The notes: generated from the letters alone by a model not told the origin. DNA of 32,000 bases from Ktedonobacterales bacterium (GCA_030167145.1 CP126532.1:990001-1022000), one strand, 5' to 3'; numbered from the stretch's first letter, positions 9,172-17,616 are shown. Numbers and translations: made by a program.

Positions 9172-10074
9172 ATGATTTTGGTCACAGGGGCGGATGGCTT
9201 CGTTGGTCGGCATATCGTGGCGCGGCTAGCGCGCGATGGCGACGCGGCGCGGGCGATGGTGCGCAACATCGGACGGGCGCGCAAAACGCTGGCGATGTCG
9301 GATATGGAGTTGATCGAAGGCGATACCACCAAACCCGCGACGCTGGCGCCCGCGCTCGAAGGCGTGGATACGATCATCCATTGCGCCTTCATCGTCGCCA
9401 ACCGCAAGCAGGGGCCAGGCGTAAATTACTACGAGACCAATGTGCGCGGCACGAAAAATCTGGTGGACGCCGCGAAGGCCGCTGGCGTGCGCCAGGTCTG
9501 CGTGATGGGCGGCCTGGGCACCAAATCGGGCACCGGCGATACCTACGTGCAGCAGCGGTACGAGGCAAATCAGTACGTGAAGCAGAGCGGGTTGGGCTGG
9601 TCTATTATTGGCCCGTCGGTGCAGTTCGGTGAAGGCTCGCCCTTCATCACCGGGTTGGCGGACCTGATTCGCAGCGCACCAGTAGTGCCGATGATCGGCA
9701 ACGGCAAACGGCTCTTCCAGCCGATCTGGGTCGAGGATGTGGCCACATGCATCCTGAAGATGGCGCGCGAGCCAGAGCGCTATGCCAGCGTGGAGGTAGA
9801 TGTTGGCGGGCCGGAGGTCTATAGCTACGCGCAGATTCTGGATATGCTGATGCGCAAGATGGGCAAGAAGAAGCTGAAAGTGCCAGGGCCAACGCCACTG
9901 GCGAAGCTCGGCGCGGCGATGATGGAAGCCGTGCTGCCCAAACCGCCGATCACCCGCGCGGCAACGGGTCTCTTCGACTTCGACAACGTGGCCGCGCTCG
10001 ATGGCGTGCAGCGCACCTTCGGCTTCGCGCCACTCTCCTTCCGCGTGTATCTCGAAGATCACGGCGTGGATTGA
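9172..10074 (+). CDS. NAD(P)-binding atypical SDR (NmrA / NDUFA9-like epimerase-dehydratase fold)
   Basis: 300 aa. N-terminal Rossmann motif MILVTGADGFVGRHIV. GGGAG RBS upstream of the ATG. Confidence 0.7.
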   Translation: MILVTGADGFVGRHIVARLARDGDAARAMVRNIGRARKTLAMSDMELIEGDTTKPATLAPALEGVDTIIHCAFIVANRKQGPGVNYYETNVRGTKNLVDAAKAAGVRQVCVMGGLGTKSGTGDTYVQQRYEANQYVKQSGLGWSIIGPSVQFGEGSPFITGLADLIRSAPVVPMIGNGKRLFQPIWVEDVATCILKMAREPERYASVEVDVGGPEVYSYAQILDMLMRKMGKKKLKVPGPTPLAKLGAAMMEAVLPKPPITRAATGLFDFDNVAALDGVQRTFGFAPLSFRVYLEDHGVD

Positions 10075-10217
10075 TGCGCCCTGTTGCCGTGCCGTTGCAG
10101 ATACGCTTGCGCTGAACCTCTGCCATTAGGTACTCGTAACGTTCGCCGTAACGCCTTGGTAACGGGTGTACGCTATGCTGTGCCTGGAAGAAGTAGTCTG
10201 CAAGAGGAGAAAGCGTG

Positions 10218-11564
10218 ATGAATGGCATGTCTGCTCATCAAGAAGCGTCTGTGCATGTGGACTCACCAAGTGCGGATGAGCAGCGCGTTCGCGGAAACCT
10301 ACTCTTCATCGCGCGCGCCTGCTGGATCGCGCTGGCGCTCTTGATCCTGGTACTCGATGCGCTCATGCTCCCCGGATTTGCCGCTCAACTAGGGGCAACA
10401 TGCCAGCCAGGTCCATCATGCTTCGGCATCCAGATGACCTCCTACGATCTGCACCTTCTGCACAAGCTTGGCATCTCTCGGGATTTTCTGATCGCGTATC
10501 AGGTTGCCATGGCTGTCATCACCGTCATCGTCTACTATGTGGTGGGCACCCTGATTTTCTGGCGCAAGTCCAGCGATCGCATGGCCCTGTTTTGCGCATT
10601 CATAGTGGTGATTTTTGGCGGTGTCGTCAACCCCGATATCCTTCAGGATACGCTTTCGCTGACCTCGCCCACTTGGTCCACGTTCATTGGCCTGCTCGAC
10701 GTACTTGGGCAGGCAGGGTTCGTCACCTTCTTCTTGCTCTTTCCCAGCGGACGGTTCGTACCGCGCTGGACCCGCTGGTGCTCCCTTGCCGTGCTCATCT
10801 TTTGGGTCTACACAGTTTTCATTACGCAGAATCAATCTAACAATTCAGCTCCCGCGCTGGCGAACGTGTTCTTCTTTGCGGTGTTGCTTGTCGCCGTGGG
10901 CACGCAGATCTACCGCTATCGAAAGGTATCTACCTTTAAGGAGCGCCAGCAGACCAAGTGGGTCGTCTTTGGTTTCTCCATAGGCATTCTTGGCTTTGCG
11001 CTGCTCGTCAACCTTGGGAACCTCTTTCTCCCGTCAGAAGTGCTGCAATCGGGCGTGCTCACCACACTGATAGCCGGAACTAGCATAAATGGCTTCCTGA
11101 TGCTGATTCCCATCTCGATAGCCATCGCGATTCTGCGCTCACAGCTTTATGACATTGATGTGATCATCAACCGCGCGCTGGTCTATGGCCCGCTGACCGC
11201 GATTCTAGCGGCGGTCTATGCTGGGCTGGTCATTGGGTTGCAGCATGTGGTTGGCCTGATTACCGGGGAAACGTCTCAGCCAGTGGTCATCGTGATTTCG
11301 ACACTGGTGATCGCCGCGCTTTTCCAGCCATTGCGAAGGCGCCTGCAAAATACGATTGATCGGCGATTCTATCGGAGCAAATATAATGCGGCGAATACGT
11401 TAGAAGTATTTAGCGGGACCCTGCGACAGGCGGTTGATCTGGATGAGATATGTGAGCAGATGGTTGCTGTAGTGCGTGAGACACTCCAGCCAACGCAAGT
11501 CTCGTTGTGGCTCAGCGCATCCACACAGCATGCCACCGAAACGCAGGAGCGCGCAGAATCGTAA
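10218..11564 (+). CDS. Polytopic integral membrane protein with a cytoplasmic C-terminal tail (hypothetical, sensor-like)
   Basis: About 9-10 hydrophobic segments. The C-terminal soluble segment is IDRRFYRSKYNAANTLEVFSGTLRQAVDLDEI. GAGGAG RBS upstream; ATG 10218 is preferred over GTG 10215. Confidence 0.6.
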   Translation: MNGMSAHQEASVHVDSPSADEQRVRGNLLFIARACWIALALLILVLDALMLPGFAAQLGATCQPGPSCFGIQMTSYDLHLLHKLGISRDFLIAYQVAMAVITVIVYYVVGTLIFWRKSSDRMALFCAFIVVIFGGVVNPDILQDTLSLTSPTWSTFIGLLDVLGQAGFVTFFLLFPSGRFVPRWTRWCSLAVLIFWVYTVFITQNQSNNSAPALANVFFFAVLLVAVGTQIYRYRKVSTFKERQQTKWVVFGFSIGILGFALLVNLGNLFLPSEVLQSGVLTTLIAGTSINGFLMLIPISIAIAILRSQLYDIDVIINRALVYGPLTAILAAVYAGLVIGLQHVVGLITGETSQPVVIVISTLVIAALFQPLRRRLQNTIDRRFYRSKYNAANTLEVFSGTLRQAVDLDEICEQMVAVVRETLQPTQVSLWLSASTQHATETQERAES

Positions 11565-11622
11565 CGTAGTTCAAGGTGCGCGGCGAAAGTGAGCGCCGTG
11601 CAGCGTCTGGCAGGCTATCCTA

Positions 11623-11652
11623 TTGACCAACGGCCAGCCGATGGCATATGAT
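11623..11652 (+). promoter_or_regulatory. Sigma-70-type promoter for the M-box leader
   Basis: TTGACC (11623-11628), an 18-nt spacer, then TATGAT (11647-11652). It lies about 65 nt upstream of the riboswitch core. Confidence 0.55.
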
Positions 11653-11714
11653 AGCATTGTTAGCATTGTCGAAAGCGTGGAATATTGTTCCGCTCTCCGG
11701 CAACACAACACAAG

Positions 11715-11880
11715 CCCACTCGTTAGGTGAGGCGTCCGCGAAGAACAAAGGCCACGGACCGGAAACGTCGAGAGACGCCGACGGTCAGGACAGGTATAGC
11801 CGGCATAAGGCTCTACCCCCAGTGGCTGAGGGCAATACCTCTACGTCACGCGGTGCCAAAGCTCGACCAGGGAGGGGCGG
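11715..11880 (+). promoter_or_regulatory. M-box (ykoK leader) Mg2+-sensing riboswitch
   Basis: The conserved M-box blocks are present in the right order. CGTTAGGTGAGGC (11721-) matches B. subtilis CGUUAGGUGAGGC. AGACGCCGACGGTCAGGAC matches AGACGCUAAUGGGUCAAC. CGGCATAAGGC matches CGACAUAAGGU. GGTGCCAAAGCTCGACC matches AGUGCUAAAGCUCUACG. An intrinsic terminator follows. Confidence 0.85.
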
Positions 11881-11944
11881 TTGGCGTAACATCCGCGTTC
11901 TATGTTGCTCGTGGATTGTGCGTCAACCTCGATGCACTGCCTGT

Positions 11945-11982
11945 GCCCCCTTCCAGTATGGCTGGAGGGGGCATTTGTTTTT
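11945..11982 (+). terminator. Intrinsic terminator (M-box expression platform)
   Basis: GCCCCCTTCCAG / CTGGAGGGGGC stem (11 bp, one bulged T) with loop TATGG, followed by ATTTGTTTTT. Confidence 0.8.
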
Positions 11983-12222
11983 CGGCGCGAAAGCTCGCGG
12001 GCAGGCGAGCCGCGCTGCGCAGAAAGGAGAACGTATGGACGCTGGTCCGAGTAGTAGTACCAGATCCAACGTTCGTGTGCTGTTTCTACGTGTGTCCCCG
12101 CCGCTCGCACGGCGTCACCCCCGCTTGAGCATCTCCGCAGACCGCTAGGTCGTCGCGGGACGCTCCCGCTGGTCCGGCGTCGCCTGCGCCGGCGCTAGCT
12201 TACCACCAGGGGGAGGCGTCCC

Positions 12223-13617
12223 ATGGAGCAGAGGATTCTTGCTCCCCAGAACTCCGTTATGGCCCGCATCCAGTATGTGGGCAGTGCGGTTACTTCCAAC
12301 ATTCTCGACCGCCCAGCCCGGCGGCTCCGCCAGTTGCGCGATTGGCGTGGCGGTCGCTTCGCGCGCGTGTTCGCGGTTCTCGGGATTCTGGGGCCAGGAT
12401 TGATCGCCACCAGCGCGGGCAACGACGCGGGCGGCATCGTCACCTACGCGGCGGTGGGCGCGCAGTATGGCTTTGGTCTGCTGTGGATGATGGTCGTGGT
12501 GACCGTCTGTATGGCTGTCGTACAGGAGATGTGCGCGCGCATGGGCGCGGCCACCGGCCAGGGCCTCTCCGACCTGATCCGCGAGCGGTTTGGCGTGCGC
12601 GGGGCGGCCTTCGCCATGCTCACCCTCTTCGTCGCCAATGCCCTCATCACCATCTCTGAATTTGCGGGCATCGCCGCTGTATCCGAGTTGCTGGGCATCT
12701 CGAAGTACATCACCGTGCCCATCGCGGCGGTGGGCATCTGGCTGCTCATTACGCGCGGCTCATATGCCAAAGTCGAAAAGATCTTCCTGGTCATGACCCT
12801 GGCCTTCTTCGCGTATCCCATCGCCGCGATTCTGGCGCATCCTGACTGGGGCCAGGTGCTGCACCAGACGCTCATCCCCACATTTCCCAGGCAGCATCTC
12901 GCCACCTATCTGTTGCTCTTCGTCGGCACGGTGGGCACCACTATCACTCCATACATGCAGATCTACATCCAGTCCGCCGTCGCCGAAAAGGGCATCTCGA
13001 TGAGCCACTATAAAGCGGAGCGCGCGGATGTCTATATCGGCGCAATTTTCGGCGACCTGATCTCAGCATTCATCATCATTGCCACCGGCGCAACGGTCTT
13101 CCTTGCCAGCCACGGCCAGGGCGTGCAGATCAACGACGCACGGCAGGCCGCGATGGCGTTGGTTCCGTTCGCTGGCAAATACGCGGAACTCCTCTTCGCG
13201 ATTGGACTGCTGGGCGCGTCGCTCTTGGCGGCGGCGGTGCTGCCGCTCTCCACTGCCTATTCGATCAGCGAGTCATTTGGCTTCGAGCGCGGCATCTCGC
13301 ATTCCTTTAAGGAAGCGCCGATATTTCAGAGTATCTTCACTGGCATGATTATCTTTGGCGCGCTGGTTGCGCTGATTCCCAATCTGCCGCTGATACAGTT
13401 GCTCATCATCGTCCAGGTGATTAACGGTGTGCTGCTGCCGATCCTGCTGGTCTTCATCCTGCGACTCGTCAACGACCGCCAGATTATGGGTAAGCACGTC
13501 AACTCACGCACTCAGAACGCCATCGCCTGGGGCACGACGATTACGCTAAGCATCCTCTGCGCGGTCATGCTCGCCAGCATTGTCCTGCCCGCAATGGGCA
13601 TTCCGTTCCTGAGCTAA
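12223..13617 (+). CDS. NRAMP (SLC11)-related divalent cation transporter, non-canonical metal site (NrmT/NRMT-like, candidate Mg2+ transporter), copy 1
   Basis: 464 aa, about 11 TM. NRAMP-like TM1 and TM6 blocks are present but altered: GLIATSAGNDAGGIVT where canonical proteins have DPGN, and GTVGTTITPYMQIYIQS where they have A-x-x-MPHN. GGGGGAGG RBS. Lies downstream of the M-box. Confidence 0.8.
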   Translation: MEQRILAPQNSVMARIQYVGSAVTSNILDRPARRLRQLRDWRGGRFARVFAVLGILGPGLIATSAGNDAGGIVTYAAVGAQYGFGLLWMMVVVTVCMAVVQEMCARMGAATGQGLSDLIRERFGVRGAAFAMLTLFVANALITISEFAGIAAVSELLGISKYITVPIAAVGIWLLITRGSYAKVEKIFLVMTLAFFAYPIAAILAHPDWGQVLHQTLIPTFPRQHLATYLLLFVGTVGTTITPYMQIYIQSAVAEKGISMSHYKAERADVYIGAIFGDLISAFIIIATGATVFLASHGQGVQINDARQAAMALVPFAGKYAELLFAIGLLGASLLAAAVLPLSTAYSISESFGFERGISHSFKEAPIFQSIFTGMIIFGALVALIPNLPLIQLLIIVQVINGVLLPILLVFILRLVNDRQIMGKHVNSRTQNAIAWGTTITLSILCAVMLASIVLPAMGIPFLS

Positions 13618-13638
13618 CGAGAGTAGAGGAGGCGTCCG

Positions 13639-15042
13639 ATGGACCAGAAACTCGTTCGCACTGACGATGCGCGCCTGCCGCGCGTACACTTTGTCGTGCG
13701 CGAATCCCTGCGTGAATCGGTCGCCGAGGTCTTCGGGCGTCCAGCGGAGCGGCTGCGCCGGTTTCGCAAGTGGCGCAAGGGCCGCTGGGCGAAGTATCTG
13801 GCCATACTCGGCATCTTCGGGCCGGGACTCGTCGCGGCCAACGCCGGCAATGACGCGGGCGCTATCGCCACGTGGTCGAACGTTGGCGCGCAGTATGGCT
13901 ATCAGATGCTCTGGATACTGGTGATTATCACCGTCAGTCTTTCGGTGGTACAGGAGATGTGCGCGCGCATGGGGGCGGCCACCGGCGAGGGCCTCTCCGA
14001 TCTGATCCGCGAGCGGTTTGGCGTGCGCGGGGCGGCCTTCGCCATGCTCACCCTCTTCGTCGCCAATGCCCTCATCACCATCTCTGAATTTGCGGGCATC
14101 GCCGCCGCCGCTCAGCTATTCGGCATCTCGAAGTACATCGCCGTGCCTATCGCGGCGCTGGGCGTCTGGCTGCTCGTCACCCGTGGCTCATATGCCAAAG
14201 TCGAGAAGATCTTCCTGGTCATGACGCTGGCCTTCTTCACCTATCCCATCGCCGCGATTCTGGCGCATCCTGACTGGGGCCAGGTGGTAAAGCATACGGT
14301 GATTCCAACTGTCACGTTTTCAATCACTTTCCTGCAATTGCTCGTCGGCACGGTGGGCACGACCATCACCCCCTATATGCAGCTCTACATTCAATCAAGC
14401 GTCGCCGAGAAGGGCGTGGAGATGGAGCATTATAGGGCAGAGCGCACCGAGACCTACATCGGTTCGATCTTCGCGGCGCTGATCGTCGGCTCGATTGTGG
14501 TGGCGACCGGCGCGACGATTTTCGTCGCCAGTGGTGGCAAGGGCGTGCCGATCACCGATGCGGAGCAGGCGGCGCTGGCGCTGGTGCCGTTCCTGGGGCG
14601 GTATGCGCCGTTGCTCTTCGGCATCGGGCTGATTGGCGCGTCGCTCTTGGCGGCGGCGGTGCTGCCGCTCTCCACCGCCTATTCGATCAGCGAGTCATTC
14701 GGCTTCGAGCACGGCGTTTCGCATTCCTTTAAGGAAGCGCCGGTCTTCCAGAGCATCTTCACCGGCATGATGCTCTTTGGCGCACTCATTGCGCTGATTC
14801 CCAATCTGCCACTATTCCAACTGATTGTCGTCGCCCAGGTGATTAACGGCGCACTGCTGCCGATCCTGCTGGTCTTCATCCTGAAGCTGGTCAATGACCG
14901 GCGCATTATGGGTCACTATACCAACAATCGCGTGGAGAATGTCATCGCATTCGGCACCACAGGCATGCTGGCCGTGCTGTCAACGGTGATGCTCGTCACC
15001 ACACTGCTCTCGGCTGTCGGCGTACACCTGCCGGGAGCCTGA
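13639..15042 (+). CDS. NRAMP (SLC11)-related divalent cation transporter, non-canonical metal site, copy 2 (tandem paralog)
   Basis: 467 aa paralog of the upstream gene with the same motifs (ANAGNDAGAIAT, GTVGTTITPYMQLYIQS). GGAGG RBS, 21 nt after the upstream stop. Confidence 0.8.
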   Translation: MDQKLVRTDDARLPRVHFVVRESLRESVAEVFGRPAERLRRFRKWRKGRWAKYLAILGIFGPGLVAANAGNDAGAIATWSNVGAQYGYQMLWILVIITVSLSVVQEMCARMGAATGEGLSDLIRERFGVRGAAFAMLTLFVANALITISEFAGIAAAAQLFGISKYIAVPIAALGVWLLVTRGSYAKVEKIFLVMTLAFFTYPIAAILAHPDWGQVVKHTVIPTVTFSITFLQLLVGTVGTTITPYMQLYIQSSVAEKGVEMEHYRAERTETYIGSIFAALIVGSIVVATGATIFVASGGKGVPITDAEQAALALVPFLGRYAPLLFGIGLIGASLLAAAVLPLSTAYSISESFGFEHGVSHSFKEAPVFQSIFTGMMLFGALIALIPNLPLFQLIVVAQVINGALLPILLVFILKLVNDRRIMGHYTNNRVENVIAFGTTGMLAVLSTVMLVTTLLSAVGVHLPGA

Positions 15043-15069
15043 GAGAGATAGAACGAGAGGGGGACGACG

Positions 15070-16536
15070 ATGCCTTCACTCACTGAACTGCTGGATAAGC
15101 CAATCCGCGACCCCAGCGGCGACGAGGTCGCCCGGCTGCAGGATCTGGTGGTGCGCATGCCCAGCGACAACGATATCGCCGAGCATCCCGCCGATGTCTA
15201 TCCGCCGGTGACGGGCCTGGTGGCGCGCATGAGCGGCCCACGCGGCAAACGCGATGTGTTCATTCCCTATGATGCCGTCCAGAGCTTCGGGCCACGCGGG
15301 ACGCAACTGGAAACGCCCGGCGTGAATCTGCGGCGCTTCGTCCGGCGCGAAGGAGAACTGGCACTGCGCGGCCTCTGGGACCGGCAGATCGTGGATATCG
15401 AGGGGCGGCGCATCGTGCGCATCAACGACCTGGACCTGGATGAGCGCGAAGGCACATGGCGGCTGGTCGGCGTAGATGTCAGTCCCGCTGCCGCCGCGCG
15501 GCGCCTGGGCGGACTGGGGCTGGAGAACTTCGCCCGCCGTGTGGGGGCGCTGCTGGGACGCGAGACCGGAACAACCGCGTCGCTGATTCCCTGGAATGAT
15601 GTCGTTCCCGTGGCTGAGGGCGGCCAGGGCGATGGCAACACGCTGCGCCTGCGCGTGCCGCGTGACCGGCTGGCACTGATGCGCCCGGCTGACCTGGCGC
15701 GGCTGATCGAACAACTCACCCCGCAACAAGGCGCTGATCTGCTGCGCAGCGTGGACGATGAGCAGGCCGCCGATGCCCTCGAAGAATTGGAAGATGAGCA
15801 GCAGGCGCAGATTCTGCGCGCGATGGATCCGGAGCGCGCAGCGGATGTGCTGGAAGAGATGGAGCCAGACGAGGCCACCGACGCCTTGCAGGGCGTCTCG
15901 GAGGAGGAGAAGGCCGACCTGCTGGCGCGTATGGAACGCGAAGAGGCCGAAGAGGTGCAGGAACTGCTTGGCTATCCAGAAGATAGCGCGGGCGGTATCA
16001 TGACCACCGATTATATCTCCGTGCCCGATTGGGTGACGGTGGGTGAGACCATCGCGGCGATGCGCGCACGCGCCAAAGCCGCAATCAGCGATGAAGAAGA
16101 TCCGCTACCAGCGGCGTTGCCCGAAATCTACGTTGTGGCCGAAGATGCGCCACCGCCACGTCCAGCAGTACGCAAGAACGGCGCGAAGCCACGCGGCAAA
16201 CCAGGGCCGAACGCCGCCGCCGCGACTGTCGGCACGGAACGCGGGCCAGTGAATCTGGAAGCAGAGGGCCGCCTGCTGGGCATCGTGGACCTGCGCACCC
16301 TCTTGCTGGCCGACCCCAACACGCCCATCACCGACATGATGCGCCCGGCGGAAACCGTGGCGCATCCCATGGAGAATGAGCGGGACGCCGCGCGGCTGAT
16401 CGCCGACCAGGATTTGGTGGCGCTGCCGGTGGTGGACGACGAGAACAAGATGCTGGGCATCGTCACGGTGGACGACGCGATAGACGTGATCCTGCCGACA
16501 GCCTGGAAGAAGCGCATTCCGCGCCGCTTCCGCTAG
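15070..16536 (+). CDS. Soluble MgtE-like cytosolic domain protein (PRC-barrel-like N-terminus + MgtE N-domain + CBS pair, no transmembrane pore)
   Basis: The acidic helical repeats RPADLARLIEQLTPQQGADLL...EQAADALEELEDEQQAQILRAMDPERAADVLEEMEPDEATDAL match the MgtE N-domain. GYPEDSAGGIMTTDYISV and VALPVVDDENKMLGIVTVDDAIDVI match the MgtE CBS pair. The ORF stops right after the CBS pair with no hydrophobic segments. GAGGGGG RBS. Confidence 0.75.
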   Translation: MPSLTELLDKPIRDPSGDEVARLQDLVVRMPSDNDIAEHPADVYPPVTGLVARMSGPRGKRDVFIPYDAVQSFGPRGTQLETPGVNLRRFVRREGELALRGLWDRQIVDIEGRRIVRINDLDLDEREGTWRLVGVDVSPAAAARRLGGLGLENFARRVGALLGRETGTTASLIPWNDVVPVAEGGQGDGNTLRLRVPRDRLALMRPADLARLIEQLTPQQGADLLRSVDDEQAADALEELEDEQQAQILRAMDPERAADVLEEMEPDEATDALQGVSEEEKADLLARMEREEAEEVQELLGYPEDSAGGIMTTDYISVPDWVTVGETIAAMRARAKAAISDEEDPLPAALPEIYVVAEDAPPPRPAVRKNGAKPRGKPGPNAAAATVGTERGPVNLEAEGRLLGIVDLRTLLLADPNTPITDMMRPAETVAHPMENERDAARLIADQDLVALPVVDDENKMLGIVTVDDAIDVILPTAWKKRIPRRFR

Positions 16537-16553
16537 CTCCGGCGCAACAGTAG

Positions 16554-16608
16554 GACAGACATTCCTGATCTGTCACCAGCGGAAGTGGGCAGACATTCTT
16601 GTCTGCCC
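16554..16608. repeat. Two GCAGACA-type palindromic (REP-like) hairpins between convergent genes
   Basis: GACAGA/TCTGTC (16554-16574) and GGGCAGACA-TTCT-TGTCTGCCC (16587-16608). The same family recurs at 20669-20689, 20764-20785 and 25757-25778. They may act as a bidirectional terminator. Confidence 0.6.
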
Positions 16609-16633
16609 CACCCCTCAGGTAGACGCCAATATA

Positions 16634-17362
16634 TCAGCGCGCTTGCCAGCTCGCGGCGCGCGAGGGGTCGTGCGGACGCGGCGGCGGGAACGGACGCGCG
16701 TTGCGATCCAGCGGGGAGGTGGTGTAGTGGGCGAGCAGATCGGCGGGATTGTCGTAGATGGCGAGCGCGCCCGCAAGCTCCACATCGCTATGGCCGCCGC
16801 AGCGCAGGGCGATGCTGCGCATGCCCGCGCGTGCCGCCGCTTCGATATCGTAGGGCGCATCACCGATCAGCAGCGACGCCTCGGGCCAGAGACCAACCTT
16901 CCCCCGCGCCAGTTCGACCAGTTCCAGCGTTGGCTTGGCGTGTTCCAGGTCAGCCGCAGTGAAGCGCTCGTGCAGCAGGTCATCCACGTCGGCGGCCTTG
17001 AGCAGCGCCGTCACTTCATCGGGCATCGCGTCGCTGGCGACGATCAGCCGCAGCCCCTCATCGCGCATGCGCTCCACCAGCGCACGCGCCCCTGGCACTG
17101 GCTCAAGATCAGCCGTATATCGGCTGACGAATAGCTCGCCAACGCGGCGCACGATGCGCTGGCCGGTGCCCGCGCGGCTGTTCAGCCCCGGCGCGACCAA
17201 CGGCAGCAGCCGGTACGCGCCCATGCCGATCAGCGGGGTGATGCGCTCAACTGGCACGGTGTAGCCAGACTCCGCCAGCGCATCGGCCCAGGCCCGCGCA
17301 CGCGCTTCGTTGCTGCGCACGAGTGTTCCGCCTACATCCAGGATGACACCAACAACGGCCAT
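16634..17362 (-). CDS. HAD-superfamily hydrolase
   Basis: Start at ATG 17362 (MAVVGVILDVGGTLV) with AGGAGG upstream. Motif I reads DVGGT, so the nucleophile Asp is present but the +2 residue is Gly rather than Asp. The C-terminal motif is LLIGDAPYDIEAAARAGM. Confidence 0.7.
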   Translation of the reverse strand: MAVVGVILDVGGTLVRSNEARARAWADALAESGYTVPVERITPLIGMGAYRLLPLVAPGLNSRAGTGQRIVRRVGELFVSRYTADLEPVPGARALVERMRDEGLRLIVASDAMPDEVTALLKAADVDDLLHERFTAADLEHAKPTLELVELARGKVGLWPEASLLIGDAPYDIEAAARAGMRSIALRCGGHSDVELAGALAIYDNPADLLAHYTTSPLDRNARPFPPPRPHDPSRAASWQAR

Positions 17363-17448
17363 ACTGTGCCTCCTCGGATACCTATACTCCGCCCAATGTA
17401 CGCGACCAGAACCGCGCCGCACATGCGCCGTGGGCGTCCGCGAGAGTC

Positions 17449-17471
17449 GGGCGTCCGCCGGACGCCCCTAC
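17449..17471 (+). repeat. GGGCGTCC-N3-GGACGCCCCTAC hairpin element
   Basis: 8-bp GC stem with a 3-nt loop plus a CTAC tail. The same element occurs at 19967-19989 and at the end of the 30583-30698 array. Confidence 0.6.
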
Positions 17472-17616
17472 GGATAGGTGACATTTTCGATGGACCACTG
17501 GCGGTCACCGGATGCCCGACCCCGCAGGGCAGGTGGCGCTGCGGCTGAGGTCGCTATACATAACATAGCACATCCTGATCCAGGCGTCCGGGCGCAAAGG
17601 GCAGGTGGGAAAGAGT

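Noticed and set aside
11648-12148. 166-aa and 133-aa plus-strand ORFs in the 11.6-12.2 kb gap
   Set aside because: They run straight through the M-box riboswitch and its terminator, have Arg/Ala-rich composition, and show no homology signals.
11983-12222. yybP-ykoY (Mn2+) riboswitch ahead of the NRAMP-like genes
   Set aside because: Only a GAGTAG hexamer resembles the consensus. The paired conserved halves of the motif are absent. The leader is already explained by a clear M-box upstream.
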